Virus record (IMG/VR): IMGVR_UViG_3300046012_000505
Coordinates: 1-64,000 of that record
DNA: 64,000 nucleotides
Source of the DNA: a virus
Strand: one strand, 5' to 3'
The notes under the pieces are model-generated. The model was given only the letters and a program-made list of their open reading frames with translations. It did not search any database and had not been told where the DNA came from. Positions 36,255 through 46,922 of the stretch are shown here, piece after piece (positions within the stretch are counted from its first letter, which is position 1; every line of letters starts with the position of its first letter). The translations under genes and the position numbers were made by a program.

Positions 36255-36737
36255 TTACTCCACGCCCTCGCCGATCGGCGGGAACGCCTTGCCGAGTTCA
36301 TCGATGCCGCGCGCGGTCAGCCGGCATCTCGGCGCCGCCGTCTCATGCTGCCAAACGGCACCGGACCCGGTCCAATTCACCTGCTGGCGATGGACGCCGA
36401 ATTCGATCCAGCCGGGCCCGAGCAGATGCCGAAGACTTCCGACATTCACCTCGATCCCCTGCGGCCCCCTCGCGCCGGCAAGGTCGAGACGCCGCAACTC
36501 CTCGAGTTCCTTCGCCGTCGGCTCCCGAAACAGTTCCGGCCGATCCCGCCGCCGCGTCGCCTCGCGCCACGCGTTCGCCGCCCGATCGTGCGCTGCGGAG
36601 AACCGCCCGGCCGCCGACTTGAACTGCTCGTCGCGCTTCTGAGCGATCAGCGCGTTCTCGACGCTCTTGATCGCCGCCGTCGAGAACAGCAGCGCCTCGA
36701 GGTCGTCGCTGTCGATGGTGACCGGCACGCCCGTCAC
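36255..36737 (-). CDS. Hypothetical protein
   Basis: GTGA-coupled to upstream gene. Confidence 0.55.
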   Translation of the reverse strand: MTGVPVTIDSDDLEALLFSTAAIKSVENALIAQKRDEQFKSAAGRFSAAHDRAANAWREATRRRDRPELFREPTAKELEELRRLDLAGARGPQGIEVNVGSLRHLLGPGWIEFGVHRQQVNWTGSGAVWQHETAAPRCRLTARGIDELGKAFPPIGEGVE

Positions 36738-37078
36738 TGCGCGCCGCCCTCGGTCACGAAGTCGCGATACAGCGACGGCGTTTCCGCGGTGATCCGCTCG
36801 AAACTGTCCCGACACCGCTGCGTGTTGAACCCGACCGGCGCCCGGTAGCCATCGACGATCGGCCGCGGCTTGCCGTCCAGGCCCTGCCCCATCCCGACCA
36901 GCATCGGAACCGGTGGGTTCGCACAGCAGGCGCCGAACTTCGATCCCGGCGCGTTAGGCAGGTACGCCGTGCACATGCCGCATGACTCGATCTCCTGCTC
37001 GACGGACGGCCGGATGATCGGCGACGATGGCGCGTCGTTCGCGACGGCGGGAAGTTCGAATTCGGGTAGGTCGGCCAT
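36734..37078 (-). CDS. Cys-containing hypothetical protein
   Basis: CxxC...CCANPP; SD GAGGGG. Confidence 0.6.
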   Translation of the reverse strand: MADLPEFELPAVANDAPSSPIIRPSVEQEIESCGMCTAYLPNAPGSKFGACCANPPVPMLVGMGQGLDGKPRPIVDGYRAPVGFNTQRCRDSFERITAETPSLYRDFVTEGGAQ

Positions 37079-37095
37079 CTATCCCCTCGTCTTCC

Positions 37096-37347
37096 TCACG
37101 GCATAACCGCCATCAACCCCTCGCGGTGCACCGACAGAATGAAATCCCGCTGGCGCAGATCACTGTCCGACAACCCGGTCGCCGCTATCTCCGCCAGCTT
37201 CGCCTTCGCCTCATCGACCAGCGCCGGGTTCAAAGCCGCCGCATCGGCAAATGCCGCCGTCACTTTGGCGACCGGTTCCTGAGAAAGCACCTTGGCGCGG
37301 TAGTAGCGGCCGAGGAAGTCGTCGAGGGTGACGATAGGCGGAGTCAT
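37096..37347 (-). CDS. Hypothetical protein
   Basis: ATGA-coupled. Confidence 0.5.
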   Translation of the reverse strand: MTPPIVTLDDFLGRYYRAKVLSQEPVAKVTAAFADAAALNPALVDEAKAKLAEIAATGLSDSDLRQRDFILSVHREGLMAVMP

Positions 37348-37634
37348 GCAAACCACCATGCGAGCGCGCGCCTGATCGCCGATTTTCTCGGAACCTTTGT
37401 TCTGTCGAGCGTTACCAGCGCAGCATCTCGCACAGCCAGTATCGGACGCCCTCTTGTGGCGACGAGAATGGCATCAAAATCCTCGCGAGGAATTATGACT
37501 AGCTGCTGGGGATACTGCAGGTCCGGCCAATGACTGGATACGAGACCGGGAAGGCTGGTATCGAATGTCCTAACCTTGCCTCCGGACTCAGCCACGCCGG
37601 CCGATATTTTCACGCTGAGATCGAAGGCGCTCAC
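37344..37634 (-). CDS. Hypothetical protein (lower GC)
   Basis: Coupled to the HTH gene. Confidence 0.45.
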   Translation of the reverse strand: MSAFDLSVKISAGVAESGGKVRTFDTSLPGLVSSHWPDLQYPQQLVIIPREDFDAILVATRGRPILAVRDAALVTLDRTKVPRKSAIRRALAWWFA

Positions 37635-37864
37635 CGCCTCGCCTCCACCCCAACCGCCTTCCCGCGATCATCGAACGTCGGCCGCACACCGCCCTTGGCG
37701 AGCGCCGTCCTGATCGCCGACAGCGCACGCTCGCCGGGCATCCGGTTCCGTCGCTCGAAATTCACCACCGTCGCCGCGCTCAACCGCGAGCGAGTCGCCA
37801 ACTCGACTTGCGTCCAGCCAAGCCAGCCACGAGCCGCGCGACACTGTTTGGAGGTGATTATCAT
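37631..37864 (-). CDS. Xre-family HTH regulator, probably leaderless
   Basis: QCRAARGWLGWTQVELA.RSRLS..TVVNFER; TTGACG-N17-TATTTA ends 6 nt before ATG. Confidence 0.8.
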   Translation of the reverse strand: MIITSKQCRAARGWLGWTQVELATRSRLSAATVVNFERRNRMPGERALSAIRTALAKGGVRPTFDDRGKAVGVEARR

Positions 37865-37941
37865 ATTTTCTAAATACGGCTGTCTCCACGCTACGTCAAT
37901 TATTTTCTGCCATGCCGCCCGGCCGACCGGCCAGTTCGCCC

Positions 37942-39756
37942 TCACGTCGGATAGAGCGGCCGCAACCTCTGCGGCACGCGGAACGACTCCTCGTATGCCG
38001 CGTCCTGCTCGTCGTTTCGCACGGCGAGCCCGCGGTCGCGTAGGTGCTGCAGCGCCTGAGTCGCAGTGTCGGTGATGTCACGGCCGCCGCGGGGGAAGAT
38101 CGCCATGTCGGAAATCACAGTTTCCGCCCAGGCGGGGTACGCCCAACGATCTTCCTTTGCGATGAACAACTGCGGGGCAAATATAATGCCGTTCGAATAC
38201 AGGTGCACGACCGAGTGCGCGCGCGCCACCTTGTCGCCCTTCGGCGTGATGAGCTCGACGCCCCAATCCTCGTTCGCGTACAGGCGCCGCAACTCAGACG
38301 CGACGTCAAGCCCGTTCGCCTTCGCCTCGATCAGCAGCGTGTCGATCCGATAATTCCTGCACGCATGCACCGTCCACTCGACAATGCCCCAGAACTTCTG
38401 CTGCTCGCGCAACCACTCCCGGCAGGTGTCCGCGTGCTTCATCCCGGTCACCGCCTGGCAGAGGTGGCAGTAGGTCGTCGCGATCTGCGCTTCGTCCGGC
38501 ACCGGCGGCCCGTGCAGCTCGAGGTGCTTCTTCCAGCCATACACCAGCATGATCTTCGACCGCTGGTCATCGTCCAAGCGCACCAACTGGTTCCCGTCCG
38601 TGATGAGCCGCGGCCCAAGCTTCTTCACGCCCGTGTCGCGCCACACTCCCCAGATCGTCAGCGCGCTCGGATCATTCTCCTGTTTCTCGGTCAGCGCGGT
38701 ATCGAGCGACGCCACCAGATATTCGAAGGGCGGATAGACGATCCGGCCGCCTGAGTCGCGTTCCGGATGATCGAGCGGCGGATAGAGGCCCCACCATTTA
38801 CGCTTGAAGATGCCGCCGCCGCGAGGAGCGGGCAGCTGTTGCAGCTGCGCGGCCGCTGCATATTCTCCGATGTCGTTTTTAAGCTTGGCGACGACACTCG
38901 ACGTGAACCGCTCAGGGAACGCGAGATCGCCGTCCTCAGACCGGGGATCTTCCCATGTGCGGGTCGGCTCGCCGTCCTCGTCGACCGCCAGCACCGTCAC
39001 ACAGCGGCGGGCGCTGTCGTACTCCATGGGGACCATGTAGTAGACGTAGTCCATTTCTTTCGAGAGAATGGTGCCGGTCACATCGCTTTCGTGCGTTCTC
39101 TGCTGGATGACTACGATCGCGCTTTCTTCCGGGTCGTTGATGCGAGTTGGCACCACCTCGGTGAACCAACGATTGGTCTCATTGCGAACCACATCGGACT
39201 CAACGGACTTGATAGAATTTGGATCGTCCGCGATGACGCGATCTCCGCGCTCCCCAGTGCCGACACCCCCGACGCTTGATGCCAATTTCCAGCCAGATTT
39301 GTTGTTCTCCGGCTTGGTAACGGTGTCGCGCGTGACCTCGAAACGATCACCCCAGAGTTTCTGAAATTCCGGCGAGCGGATGACCTGCAAAAACTTGCCG
39401 TTGTCTCGGACAGTGAGTCCCTGCGAATACGACGCGGCGAGATACCGCATCGACGGCATGTTGCGCGGGCCCCATTCCCACGCCGGCCAGAACACGGATG
39501 AACTCAAGCTCTTGAGAAAGCCTGGCGGCACCCCAAGGAGAAGCCGCTTTATGTGCCCATCCGTCACGGCGGTCAGGTGCTCGCACAACCCATCAATCGC
39601 CCAGCCGCGGACGAACTCGCGTTCCGGCTCGACGACATGCCATAGGTGCGCGATGAACTCGACAAGCGACGCCTCACACCGCGCCTTGATCTCCGCCCGC
39701 CGTTCGAGCTCGTCGCGGACAAGCTGGCGGAGTGACGCGCGGTCGGCCCGGATCAT
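37942..39756 (-). CDS. terL: Terminase large subunit
   Basis: VPPGFLKS, GTGERGDRVIADDP, VIQQRTHESD, QQLPAPRGG, SLDTA, LIEAKANG, DKVARA. Confidence 0.92.
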   Translation of the reverse strand: MIRADRASLRQLVRDELERRAEIKARCEASLVEFIAHLWHVVEPEREFVRGWAIDGLCEHLTAVTDGHIKRLLLGVPPGFLKSLSSSVFWPAWEWGPRNMPSMRYLAASYSQGLTVRDNGKFLQVIRSPEFQKLWGDRFEVTRDTVTKPENNKSGWKLASSVGGVGTGERGDRVIADDPNSIKSVESDVVRNETNRWFTEVVPTRINDPEESAIVVIQQRTHESDVTGTILSKEMDYVYYMVPMEYDSARRCVTVLAVDEDGEPTRTWEDPRSEDGDLAFPERFTSSVVAKLKNDIGEYAAAAQLQQLPAPRGGGIFKRKWWGLYPPLDHPERDSGGRIVYPPFEYLVASLDTALTEKQENDPSALTIWGVWRDTGVKKLGPRLITDGNQLVRLDDDQRSKIMLVYGWKKHLELHGPPVPDEAQIATTYCHLCQAVTGMKHADTCREWLREQQKFWGIVEWTVHACRNYRIDTLLIEAKANGLDVASELRRLYANEDWGVELITPKGDKVARAHSVVHLYSNGIIFAPQLFIAKEDRWAYPAWAETVISDMAIFPRGGRDITDTATQALQHLRDRGLAVRNDEQDAAYEESFRVPQRLRPLYPT

Positions 39757-40253
39757 TTAGGCGAGAACCCAGCCGGCGGCGGGTCCGGTTGCTCGTCGAC
39801 CTCGCTGTATTCCGTCTCGTCCAGCTCGAGCAGCATGTGCTCGAGTTGTTCCGTCGGCATCTGGTCGAGCGATGGAAAGGTGATTTCCTTCCGCTGGACG
39901 AAGTGGCCTTTGAACTTGCCGATTAGCTCGATGGCAGAGAGGGCGGGTTTGTGCATGCCGGCCTGCGCCGCGGCGACGTAGGTCTTCCACGCCTCCTTCA
40001 TCAACCGGTTCGGCGTCATCTCCGTCGGGTCGAGATCGGCGTCGACAGGCGCCGCCGGCGCCGGCACGACGATCTGCCGCTCAGCGCGTATCTCGTCGAC
40101 GCGGGCGATCACCTGGCCCCAATACGGGCCAGCCTTGATGCCGTCGAGCGCGCCGGCCGAGAAGCCGGACAGCCGCACAGCCTCCGTCTCGCTCTGCCCC
40201 TCAGCGAGAAGGGCGGCGAGATTTTCGTATTTTGGATAGGGAATCTCCGCCAT
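39753..40253 (-). CDS. Probable terminase small subunit
   Basis: Coupled upstream of terL; ALSAIELIGKFKGHF motif. Confidence 0.65.
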   Translation of the reverse strand: MAEIPYPKYENLAALLAEGQSETEAVRLSGFSAGALDGIKAGPYWGQVIARVDEIRAERQIVVPAPAAPVDADLDPTEMTPNRLMKEAWKTYVAAAQAGMHKPALSAIELIGKFKGHFVQRKEITFPSLDQMPTEQLEHMLLELDETEYSEVDEQPDPPPAGFSPK

Positions 40254-40299
40254 GACAGCAGGATAGCGGAAACTCCACGGACCGTGAAGTAGGCGCCGA

Positions 40300-40497
40300 T
40301 CAGCGGACTCGGACCATCACCTCGTTCACTACCCCGCCAGCAGCCCACACCGCGACCGGCTCACCCTGGAACAGCAGACGCCAGCCGCGTCGCCCACCCT
40401 CATCGAAGGACCGTTGCTGGAGGATCGGGAGCTCGCGCTTGATGCGGTGGAAGTCCTCCACCGTGCGCCGGACCCAGTGAGGCGCTTGGTCGGTCAT
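40300..40497 (-). CDS. Hypothetical protein
   Basis: ATGA-coupled. Confidence 0.45.
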   Translation of the reverse strand: MTDQAPHWVRRTVEDFHRIKRELPILQQRSFDEGGRRGWRLLFQGEPVAVWAAGGVVNEVMVRVR

Positions 40498-41147
40498 CGG
40501 GTGGCCGGCGAGGTGAACCGCGGCCATATCTGCATGGTGATCGGCTCGGGCGGCGGCGGAGGATCGACGCGGAAATCGTAGTCGCCGAGCGCGAGAATCG
40601 CGGCGTCCACGGTTTTCTCAGTGGCAGTCATGGCGGCAAGCTGGGTGTCGATCGCCACCATCCTCGACAGCACGATCTCGCCGAGGCGGTTCGGGCGGCC
40701 AGGCTTCGCGGTGATCCTCTCGGCGAGCGCGGCCCAATTCGGCCGCGAGTCGATCAGGCCGGCGCGGTGCTTATCGAGGTGTTCGCGTTGTGCGCGGATA
40801 TGCTTGAACATGACCTTGATGAGGTCCGTCCGCGCCACGGCCTGCACGCCGCCTGTCTTGGCGATCTCCTGCAGCGCGGCGTCCAGCGCGTTCGACAGCA
40901 TGCCCATCAGGGCGACGTGCGAGTTATCGACCGCCGTCGGATCGATGGCGCCAGTCGCGTCGTATTTCGCGCGGCGAGCCTCGTCCGTCAGCACGTCGTG
41001 CGCGAGCTTGATGCGATCGAATACCTCAGCGTCGCCACCGACGTCGGGATGCGCCTTCTTGGCGAGCCGGCGGTACGCCGTGCGGACCTGCGCGGTCGTG
41101 GCATCGCGGGGCAGGCCGAGGAGCGCGTAGGGGTCGAGCGGACTCAC
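40494..41147 (-). CDS. DnaJ-domain protein
   Basis: DPYALLGL...AYRRLAKKAHPDVGGD...VLTDEARRAKYD. Confidence 0.9.
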   Translation of the reverse strand: MSPLDPYALLGLPRDATTAQVRTAYRRLAKKAHPDVGGDAEVFDRIKLAHDVLTDEARRAKYDATGAIDPTAVDNSHVALMGMLSNALDAALQEIAKTGGVQAVARTDLIKVMFKHIRAQREHLDKHRAGLIDSRPNWAALAERITAKPGRPNRLGEIVLSRMVAIDTQLAAMTATEKTVDAAILALGDYDFRVDPPPPPEPITMQIWPRFTSPATR

Positions 41148-41391
41148 TTCCCCGGCTGCTTCCTGCCGGCCGCGGCGTATGCGTAGTCGAGCACGCCGGG
41201 GTTTACGTAGCCCGCTATCCTGGCCACTTCCATGGCGCCCAGCAGCAGGTCCAGCGTCCTGCGAACATCGTCGCGCTCGCGTGCGAACTGAGCGGCCTTA
41301 CCGACGTGATCCCGGCAAATCCGCTCGTGGCTCGACCGCGTCATCATCGCGACCGGTCGCTTGGTGCTGGCCTTCTTGGTCGGCTTCATGC

Positions 41392-41877
41392 TCATCCGGC
41401 AAAATCCGTGTCGAACACCGCCGCGCACCCCGCGCAGAGGAACAGATGCGTTGGACGCGGTCGGATCGCTGGAATGTCGCTGTCACTCGTGCCGTGACGC
41501 AACTCCACGCCTTCCGGCACTGGACGCGTCTTCACGTTGTCGTAGCGAACCTGACCGCCGTGCATGTCGCAGAGAACGAAGGCGCGATACGAGGCGGGCT
41601 GCGGCTGCGGGGCGAGCCCCTTCCTCGCCAACTCGACGAGCGCCATGATCGTCGGCGGATCGGCGAGCCCGACGTGCAGCATGAGAGCGCGGCGGTCATC
41701 CGGGCTGAACGCGAAATGAGAGTTGAGCGTGTCGCACACCGGGCCGTCCGCGCAGACCACCTGCCGATCGTCAGGCCAGTCGGGCATGCTGTCATCCAGC
41801 CATCCGCCCGGCGCGACCTTGTCGGCGGCAGTCGCCGCGGCGGCGAGCTTGTCGAGTAGTTCGGCGGTTATCGTCAT
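41392..41877 (-). CDS. Hypothetical protein (ead/Ea22-like N-terminus)
   Basis: LDKLAAAA.AA....GGW...ADPPTIMALV. Confidence 0.5.
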   Translation of the reverse strand: MTITAELLDKLAAAATAADKVAPGGWLDDSMPDWPDDRQVVCADGPVCDTLNSHFAFSPDDRRALMLHVGLADPPTIMALVELARKGLAPQPQPASYRAFVLCDMHGGQVRYDNVKTRPVPEGVELRHGTSDSDIPAIRPRPTHLFLCAGCAAVFDTDFAG

Positions 41878-42323
41878 GCCGGCGGCTCCAACTGCAGCAC
41901 GTCCACCTCGCCACCGCAGTGGGCGCTGTACCTGATCGCGACGTCGACGGCTTGCACGGCGCTCGCGCCCATGGCCAGCGCGCCGTAGGCCACCTTCTCC
42001 CCGATGCCGATGGCGTAGAATGGCGCGACGGTGCGGAATGGATTCCCAAATTCGTCGACGAAGAAAACATCGCCGCACGGTCTCGCAATGATTGCCTCGA
42101 AGCTGATGTCGTTTTCTTCGATCTTGAACCGACTGCCGAGGTCGGCATACGGCGAACGAACCCATGCGAGATATCTCTCGCCAATCCCTGCTCTGCCGCA
42201 TACGCCAACGACAGAGCCATCGGCCGCCCGCGCGATCTTCGATGTCGATCCGACGAGGACGTCGCCGCCCCACAGCGCTGTGTCGGCTGCGAGCACGCCA
42301 GCCCGATAGCAGACTATCGTCAC
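41874..42323 (-). CDS. HslV/proteasome-beta-like Ntn-hydrolase fold protein
   Basis: MTI...LAADT...KI...YAIGIG...AYGALAMGASAVQAV..A...CGG. Confidence 0.65.
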   Translation of the reverse strand: MTIVCYRAGVLAADTALWGGDVLVGSTSKIARAADGSVVGVCGRAGIGERYLAWVRSPYADLGSRFKIEENDISFEAIIARPCGDVFFVDEFGNPFRTVAPFYAIGIGEKVAYGALAMGASAVQAVDVAIRYSAHCGGEVDVLQLEPPA

Positions 42324-42945
42324 CGCCGCTCCTCCTTCGCCCTCATCCGCGCGTCATCCGCCATGTCGGCGAGTCGGTCGCGCATCGCCGGGTACGCCCG
42401 CTCGGATGCGATCTCCTCGGCAAGGTCATCGGGGCATCCGGCATCAACCAACTTGTTTCGGATGCGATCGTATTCGGCGATGTAGAGGTCTTTCACTTCG
42501 CCGCCCTCCCCTTCGCCGCATCCGCCCGCAGCTTCCTCATGAAGGCGCGATACCGGCAGAGCGCGCAGCAGAACCGCTTGCTGGCGACGCGCTTGGGGAA
42601 CTTGTCGCCGCACTCGGCGCATGTGCCGCTGGGGTATCGACGCGCCGGCACGCTCATAGGGTCAGCAGCCACAGGACGCCGATCGCAACGATCGCAATAT
42701 CGGTGAAGATGCCAGCGGCCCACGCGTTCAGCCATCGGGCGCTGCGCTTTGCCAAGCATCCGGGCACGAATATAGGGAACGGGTAAAACGTCACCCCGGC
42801 GAGGAAGCCGCGCACTCGCTCGGTCATATGAGTGCACAGAGAACGAATAACGGGAGTGCGAAGATCAACACTCCCCCGACCGGTGACCACGCGATCGCAG
42901 CGAAGGCGAGCGCGAGTCCCGCGATGGCAATACCCTTACCGACCG

Positions 42946-43203
42946 TCACGCCACCTTCTCCGCGACCTTCCGCTCGACCAGCGCAACCACATCGCTGACG
43001 AGCGCCTTCGCCGGCGGCACATCCGTGATGTCGTCCATCTCGATGCCGAACTCATCCTCGAGCGCCATGGCGAGGTCGACACCGTCGAGGCTGTCGGCGT
43101 TGAGGTCGTCGCGAAGTCGCGCGCTGGCTGTCACGCGCTCGACGTCGACGCCCAGCCGGTCGGCCAGCACGTCGCGCACCCGGTCGGCGATCGACGCGCT
43201 CAT
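42946..43203 (-). CDS. Acyl carrier protein
   Basis: DDLNADSLDGVDLAMALEDEFGIE with phosphopantetheine Ser. Confidence 0.85.
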   Translation of the reverse strand: MSASIADRVRDVLADRLGVDVERVTASARLRDDLNADSLDGVDLAMALEDEFGIEMDDITDVPPAKALVSDVVALVERKVAEKVA

Positions 43204-43889
43204 GCGATGGGCGTCCAGCCGAAGCCGAGCACCGCCGTCGGGAACGGCTTGTGGACGCGCCGCGGCTCCTCGTCGGGGATCGGGGGCTTGGCGGGGCGCA
43301 TGGGGACGAGGACGTTGTCACGCTCCACTGCGTCGTCGGCGAGAGACTGGGTGACCGGCGGGGCCGGGCGCCATGCGGCGAGCTCGGCGTGTAGAGCGTC
43401 GATGATATGGTCACGCTCCAGCACGGCAGCGCGCAGATCGCGGTTCGCGCCCTCCAACTGCTCGACGCGCTGGTCGGCCGCCCGCTCGCTGCGCACCAAG
43501 GCGTCGAGATCGCCGCGCGAGATGGTGACGGAGTCGGCGGCATGCCCGCCCAGCAGCTTCGCCGCCACCTCGGCGCGGAGCAATTCGGTCTGATAGGTCG
43601 CCGGCGAGCCGTTCTTGAAGCGCTCCCACTCGGCATCGCTGTACACGAACCGGCTCGCGGCATCCCGCATCGCCCGGGCGACAGCCTCCAAATTCGCCGA
43701 CGCCGGCTCTCGCCACAACCCGGTATACCGACTTGGCATGGGATCCAGCTTCACCTGCGTCTCACGGTCGCCCCGCATATCGCCGGCATGCCCGCTAGCG
43801 CACCGCTCCGCATGCACCCCGTACTGCCCGCAGAACACGCAGAACGGCCCCGCCTGCTTCTGGAACTGCGCACCATCGGTGGTCGTCAT
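43200..43889 (-). CDS. Hypothetical protein
   Basis: Coupled on both sides. Confidence 0.5.
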   Translation of the reverse strand: MTTTDGAQFQKQAGPFCVFCGQYGVHAERCASGHAGDMRGDRETQVKLDPMPSRYTGLWREPASANLEAVARAMRDAASRFVYSDAEWERFKNGSPATYQTELLRAEVAAKLLGGHAADSVTISRGDLDALVRSERAADQRVEQLEGANRDLRAAVLERDHIIDALHAELAAWRPAPPVTQSLADDAVERDNVLVPMRPAKPPIPDEEPRRVHKPFPTAVLGFGWTPIA

Positions 43890-45323
43890 CCGCCTGCCTC
43901 CCTGTCCGCCGCTACCTCGCGCATATCGGCCGCCACCTCGATCGCCCGCGCGTCACGATCCAACCGATCGTAATCCGCAATCACCTTCGCGATCCGGCTG
44001 ATCGTTGCTAGCCGCGCCATCGGGTTTGGCGACCCGAGGCCGAGGTGTTCGATCACAGTTACCGCACGCTCCCAGGCATTATGCCGAGCGTGCGGCCGAT
44101 GACCCGTTGGGTAAGGCAGGGGGAAGTCTGGGATCGGCGAATCTGAGATGACGCTGTGCTTGTTCATGCGGCGGTCTTTCGCTTGCCGCGGCGCAGCCAT
44201 GGCGGGATGCGCGAGGCAGCGAGGAAGTCGCGACGGCTCATCCCGCGATGCACGGTCATGGAATGCGTCGCGCCATCGATGCGGCCGATCGTCTTGATCT
44301 CCTTCGGATAGCCCTTCGCGCGGAGGATCACGTTGACGCTGTTTTTCTTTCCGGGTCCCGTTCTCATCTTCGCTTCACCGACTCCACGTTACGTGGATTT
44401 CCTACCTACGCCCATCGCCATCCGTTTGCAACGGGCATTTTCTCACCCGCTCAATTATTCGACGAACGGACCGCCGTATATGCAGCGACCGGCCGCGCTA
44501 TCGTGCCAGCACACAGAGCACGCCGCGCACCTGACGGCTCGATACCGCGGCGGCCCATACGGCAGGACGGGACTCAGCAGCCGACCCACCCGCACCGGCC
44601 GCGATCCTGGCAGCCAGTATCGCACCTCGTCGATTGGCACGCCGATCAGCGGGACACCGCGAGAGTCGACGGGTGAGGTCACCCCCACAGAACCCGCCGT
44701 ATCTGCACATCGATCTCATATTTCGCGCGCAACCGCTCGAGCTGTTTTCGCGCCTTCCACGCCGGCGACGGCGACCGCAAGCATGCAATGTCGGGATCAA
44801 GTCCACCGACGCGCACCGCCGCCATTCGATAAGCCTCCGAATGCGCCTGCTCGCGCAGTCGGTCGAGTTGTTTTCCCAATGCCTGACCGATACCCCCGTA
44901 GTACTGCTGGGGTATCGGCGCCGGCGGCTCACCGAGAGCGCCAGCCGCCGACACGGCCGTCGTCGCCCGCGCCAACACGGACGGCAGCGCCGACGCCACG
45001 CTTGGCAGCGTAACCGGAGCCGCGCCGAGCAGCTTCATGATCGACCGTCTCGTCAGCGCCATCATCGGCAAATCTTCTCCGCTATGTGCCACACCGAAGC
45101 ACCGATCAACATGAGCAGAATCCCGCGCACAAGGCCAACGTGCTCGCCGCCCCAGTCCAGCGCGACCCAGAACGCCAACGCGCAGACCACCTGGACCGCT
45201 ACCCATCCGATGCGCGCCATCATCGCTTACCTCGCCACCAAGCGGCCAGCCAGGCGACACCGCCGGCCGCCAGCCACACAGCCCCGCTGACGCCAAGCAC
45301 CCAGAGCAGGGACCAGAGCCAGA

Positions 45324-45824
45324 TCACGCCGACCACGCCCGGTTCACCCACACGTCGCTCATCACGTCATGAACCCAATCCGCCGACCGCTCGATGAACA
45401 GCCGCGTCGGTCCCGGCAATCTCAGCAGGTCGACCGCCGACACATTCGGCAGCCGGCTCACCGCATCGATGGTCAGCGTCTCGTACGGCACGGCGAGCTC
45501 GTCGGTAGCCGTGTCGACGGCCAGTGCGTCGCTCGGGTCGTCGACCCACGACAGGTTTCCGCGCTCGTCCAGCGCCAGCGCCCCAGACAGCGTCGCCCAT
45601 GTCGTCAGATCGCCAACCCGCGACCAATCCACCATCTTCGGAACCGTCTCGCCGAACAGAACCATCGGCGCGTCGCTGAACCGCACGTCCACCCGCTCGG
45701 CCGCGATCTCAAGCGGCACGATCCGCGACCGGTGGGCCGGCTCAGGCACCGGGCCGTTCACCCGACGTCCAAACACGGTCGTCAACCACGCGCGTTCGCC
45801 AGCCGTCAGCCCTTCGTCCGCCAT
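45324..45824 (-). CDS. Hypothetical protein
   Basis: SD GGAGG. Confidence 0.5.
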   Translation of the reverse strand: MADEGLTAGERAWLTTVFGRRVNGPVPEPAHRSRIVPLEIAAERVDVRFSDAPMVLFGETVPKMVDWSRVGDLTTWATLSGALALDERGNLSWVDDPSDALAVDTATDELAVPYETLTIDAVSRLPNVSAVDLLRLPGPTRLFIERSADWVHDVMSDVWVNRAWSA

Positions 45825-45825
45825 A

Positions 45826-46011
45826 TCAGCCTCCCGCCTCATCACCCGGCCAGCGCGCTCGCTCGTACGCATCCACCGCCGTCATTAGCGCGTCGAGACG
45901 GTCGCCGTCCGGCGTGCCACGCGGCAAGCCCCACAGCCGCTCGATTTCCCGCAGAGCAAGCTGGTGCGATGCATCGTCGGTCACGGTCACGGGTAGCGCG
46001 GTGTCAGCCAT
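45826..46011 (-). CDS. HigA-antitoxin N-terminal-like peptide lacking HTH
   Basis: HQLALREIERLW....GTPDGDRLDAL..AVDAYE; SD GGAGG. Confidence 0.6.
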   Translation of the reverse strand: MADTALPVTVTDDASHQLALREIERLWGLPRGTPDGDRLDALMTAVDAYERARWPGDEAGG

Positions 46012-46012
46012 C

Positions 46013-46912
46013 TCAGCCTCCCACGCTCGCCACCAGTCCGATGGTGGGCGCCTCCTCCGCTATCCGCGCAACCGCCTCTCCGCCATCCAATACCCTCGCC
46101 GCCTCGCGCAGCAGGGATCGAAGCCTTCGCACCTCGGCATCGACCTGGAGCGCTTGGGCCCGCCGCTTCACCTCACCGAGCACGGAGTATTCCGAGGCAT
46201 CTGCCGGCATGCCGAACGCCGTGCGGATGCCAGCCAGCGCGGCCTTCGCCTGCTCAGCTTCGGCCGCGGCCTCGACGCGCGCGTTCTCCACGATCTGCTT
46301 TGCCTTAGCGGTCGCCTTGTCGAGAACCTCGCGCGCGCTCTTGGGAGCCGCTAGATATTCCGCGATATCCTTCCCGAGGCGCTCACCGATCTTCCGCCTG
46401 GCGCGCGCATCGACCAAGTTGTCGTGCTCTCGCCGGTAGTAGTCGCTGGCGTGATAGCGATCAGCCGTTTCTCCCGCGCCAGAGCGCGCACCCTGCGCCA
46501 CATTGATCAGCCGCAGCCACGCGCCAGTCGGCAACTCGATCCGCTGCAGCGTCGGCCGCCGGAGGTGACGCCACATCTTGGACCCGCGCACGATCAGGCC
46601 GCAGCCCGACGGAATGTCCTTCAGTGTGCACAGCCCCTGCGGCACCGCGAAGGTAACGCCGCCGGCTATCTTCAAATACTTCTGCCACTTCCCGCCGGTC
46701 AGATCGGAGCGCAGATCGGCGACCGATATTTTTACCTCGTATGCGACGAGCTCCGGATGGTCGTAGCTCCACCGCTTGAGCGCGTAGACGTCGGGCCGCG
46801 ATTGCCCGCTGCCTAGCACCGCCATGTTCTGCCAGACCCATCGTTCGCCGCCACACCGCAGGTGCAGCGCCAGGTCATTCGCGAGATGATCGTGGCCCCA
46901 ATCGACGGTCAT
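46013..46912 (-). CDS. MmcB-like PD-(D/E)XK nuclease-family protein
   Basis: RPDV...AYEVKISVADLRSD...KWQKY...FAVP...P.GCGL. Confidence 0.7.
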   Translation of the reverse strand: MTVDWGHDHLANDLALHLRCGGERWVWQNMAVLGSGQSRPDVYALKRWSYDHPELVAYEVKISVADLRSDLTGGKWQKYLKIAGGVTFAVPQGLCTLKDIPSGCGLIVRGSKMWRHLRRPTLQRIELPTGAWLRLINVAQGARSGAGETADRYHASDYYRREHDNLVDARARRKIGERLGKDIAEYLAAPKSAREVLDKATAKAKQIVENARVEAAAEAEQAKAALAGIRTAFGMPADASEYSVLGEVKRRAQALQVDAEVRRLRSLLREAARVLDGGEAVARIAEEAPTIGLVASVGG

Positions 46913-46922
46913 CGCAGGTACT

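Noticed and set aside
44679-45066. Twin-arginine-like N-terminus (TRRSIMK)
   Set aside because: Weak hydrophobic core and no other support.
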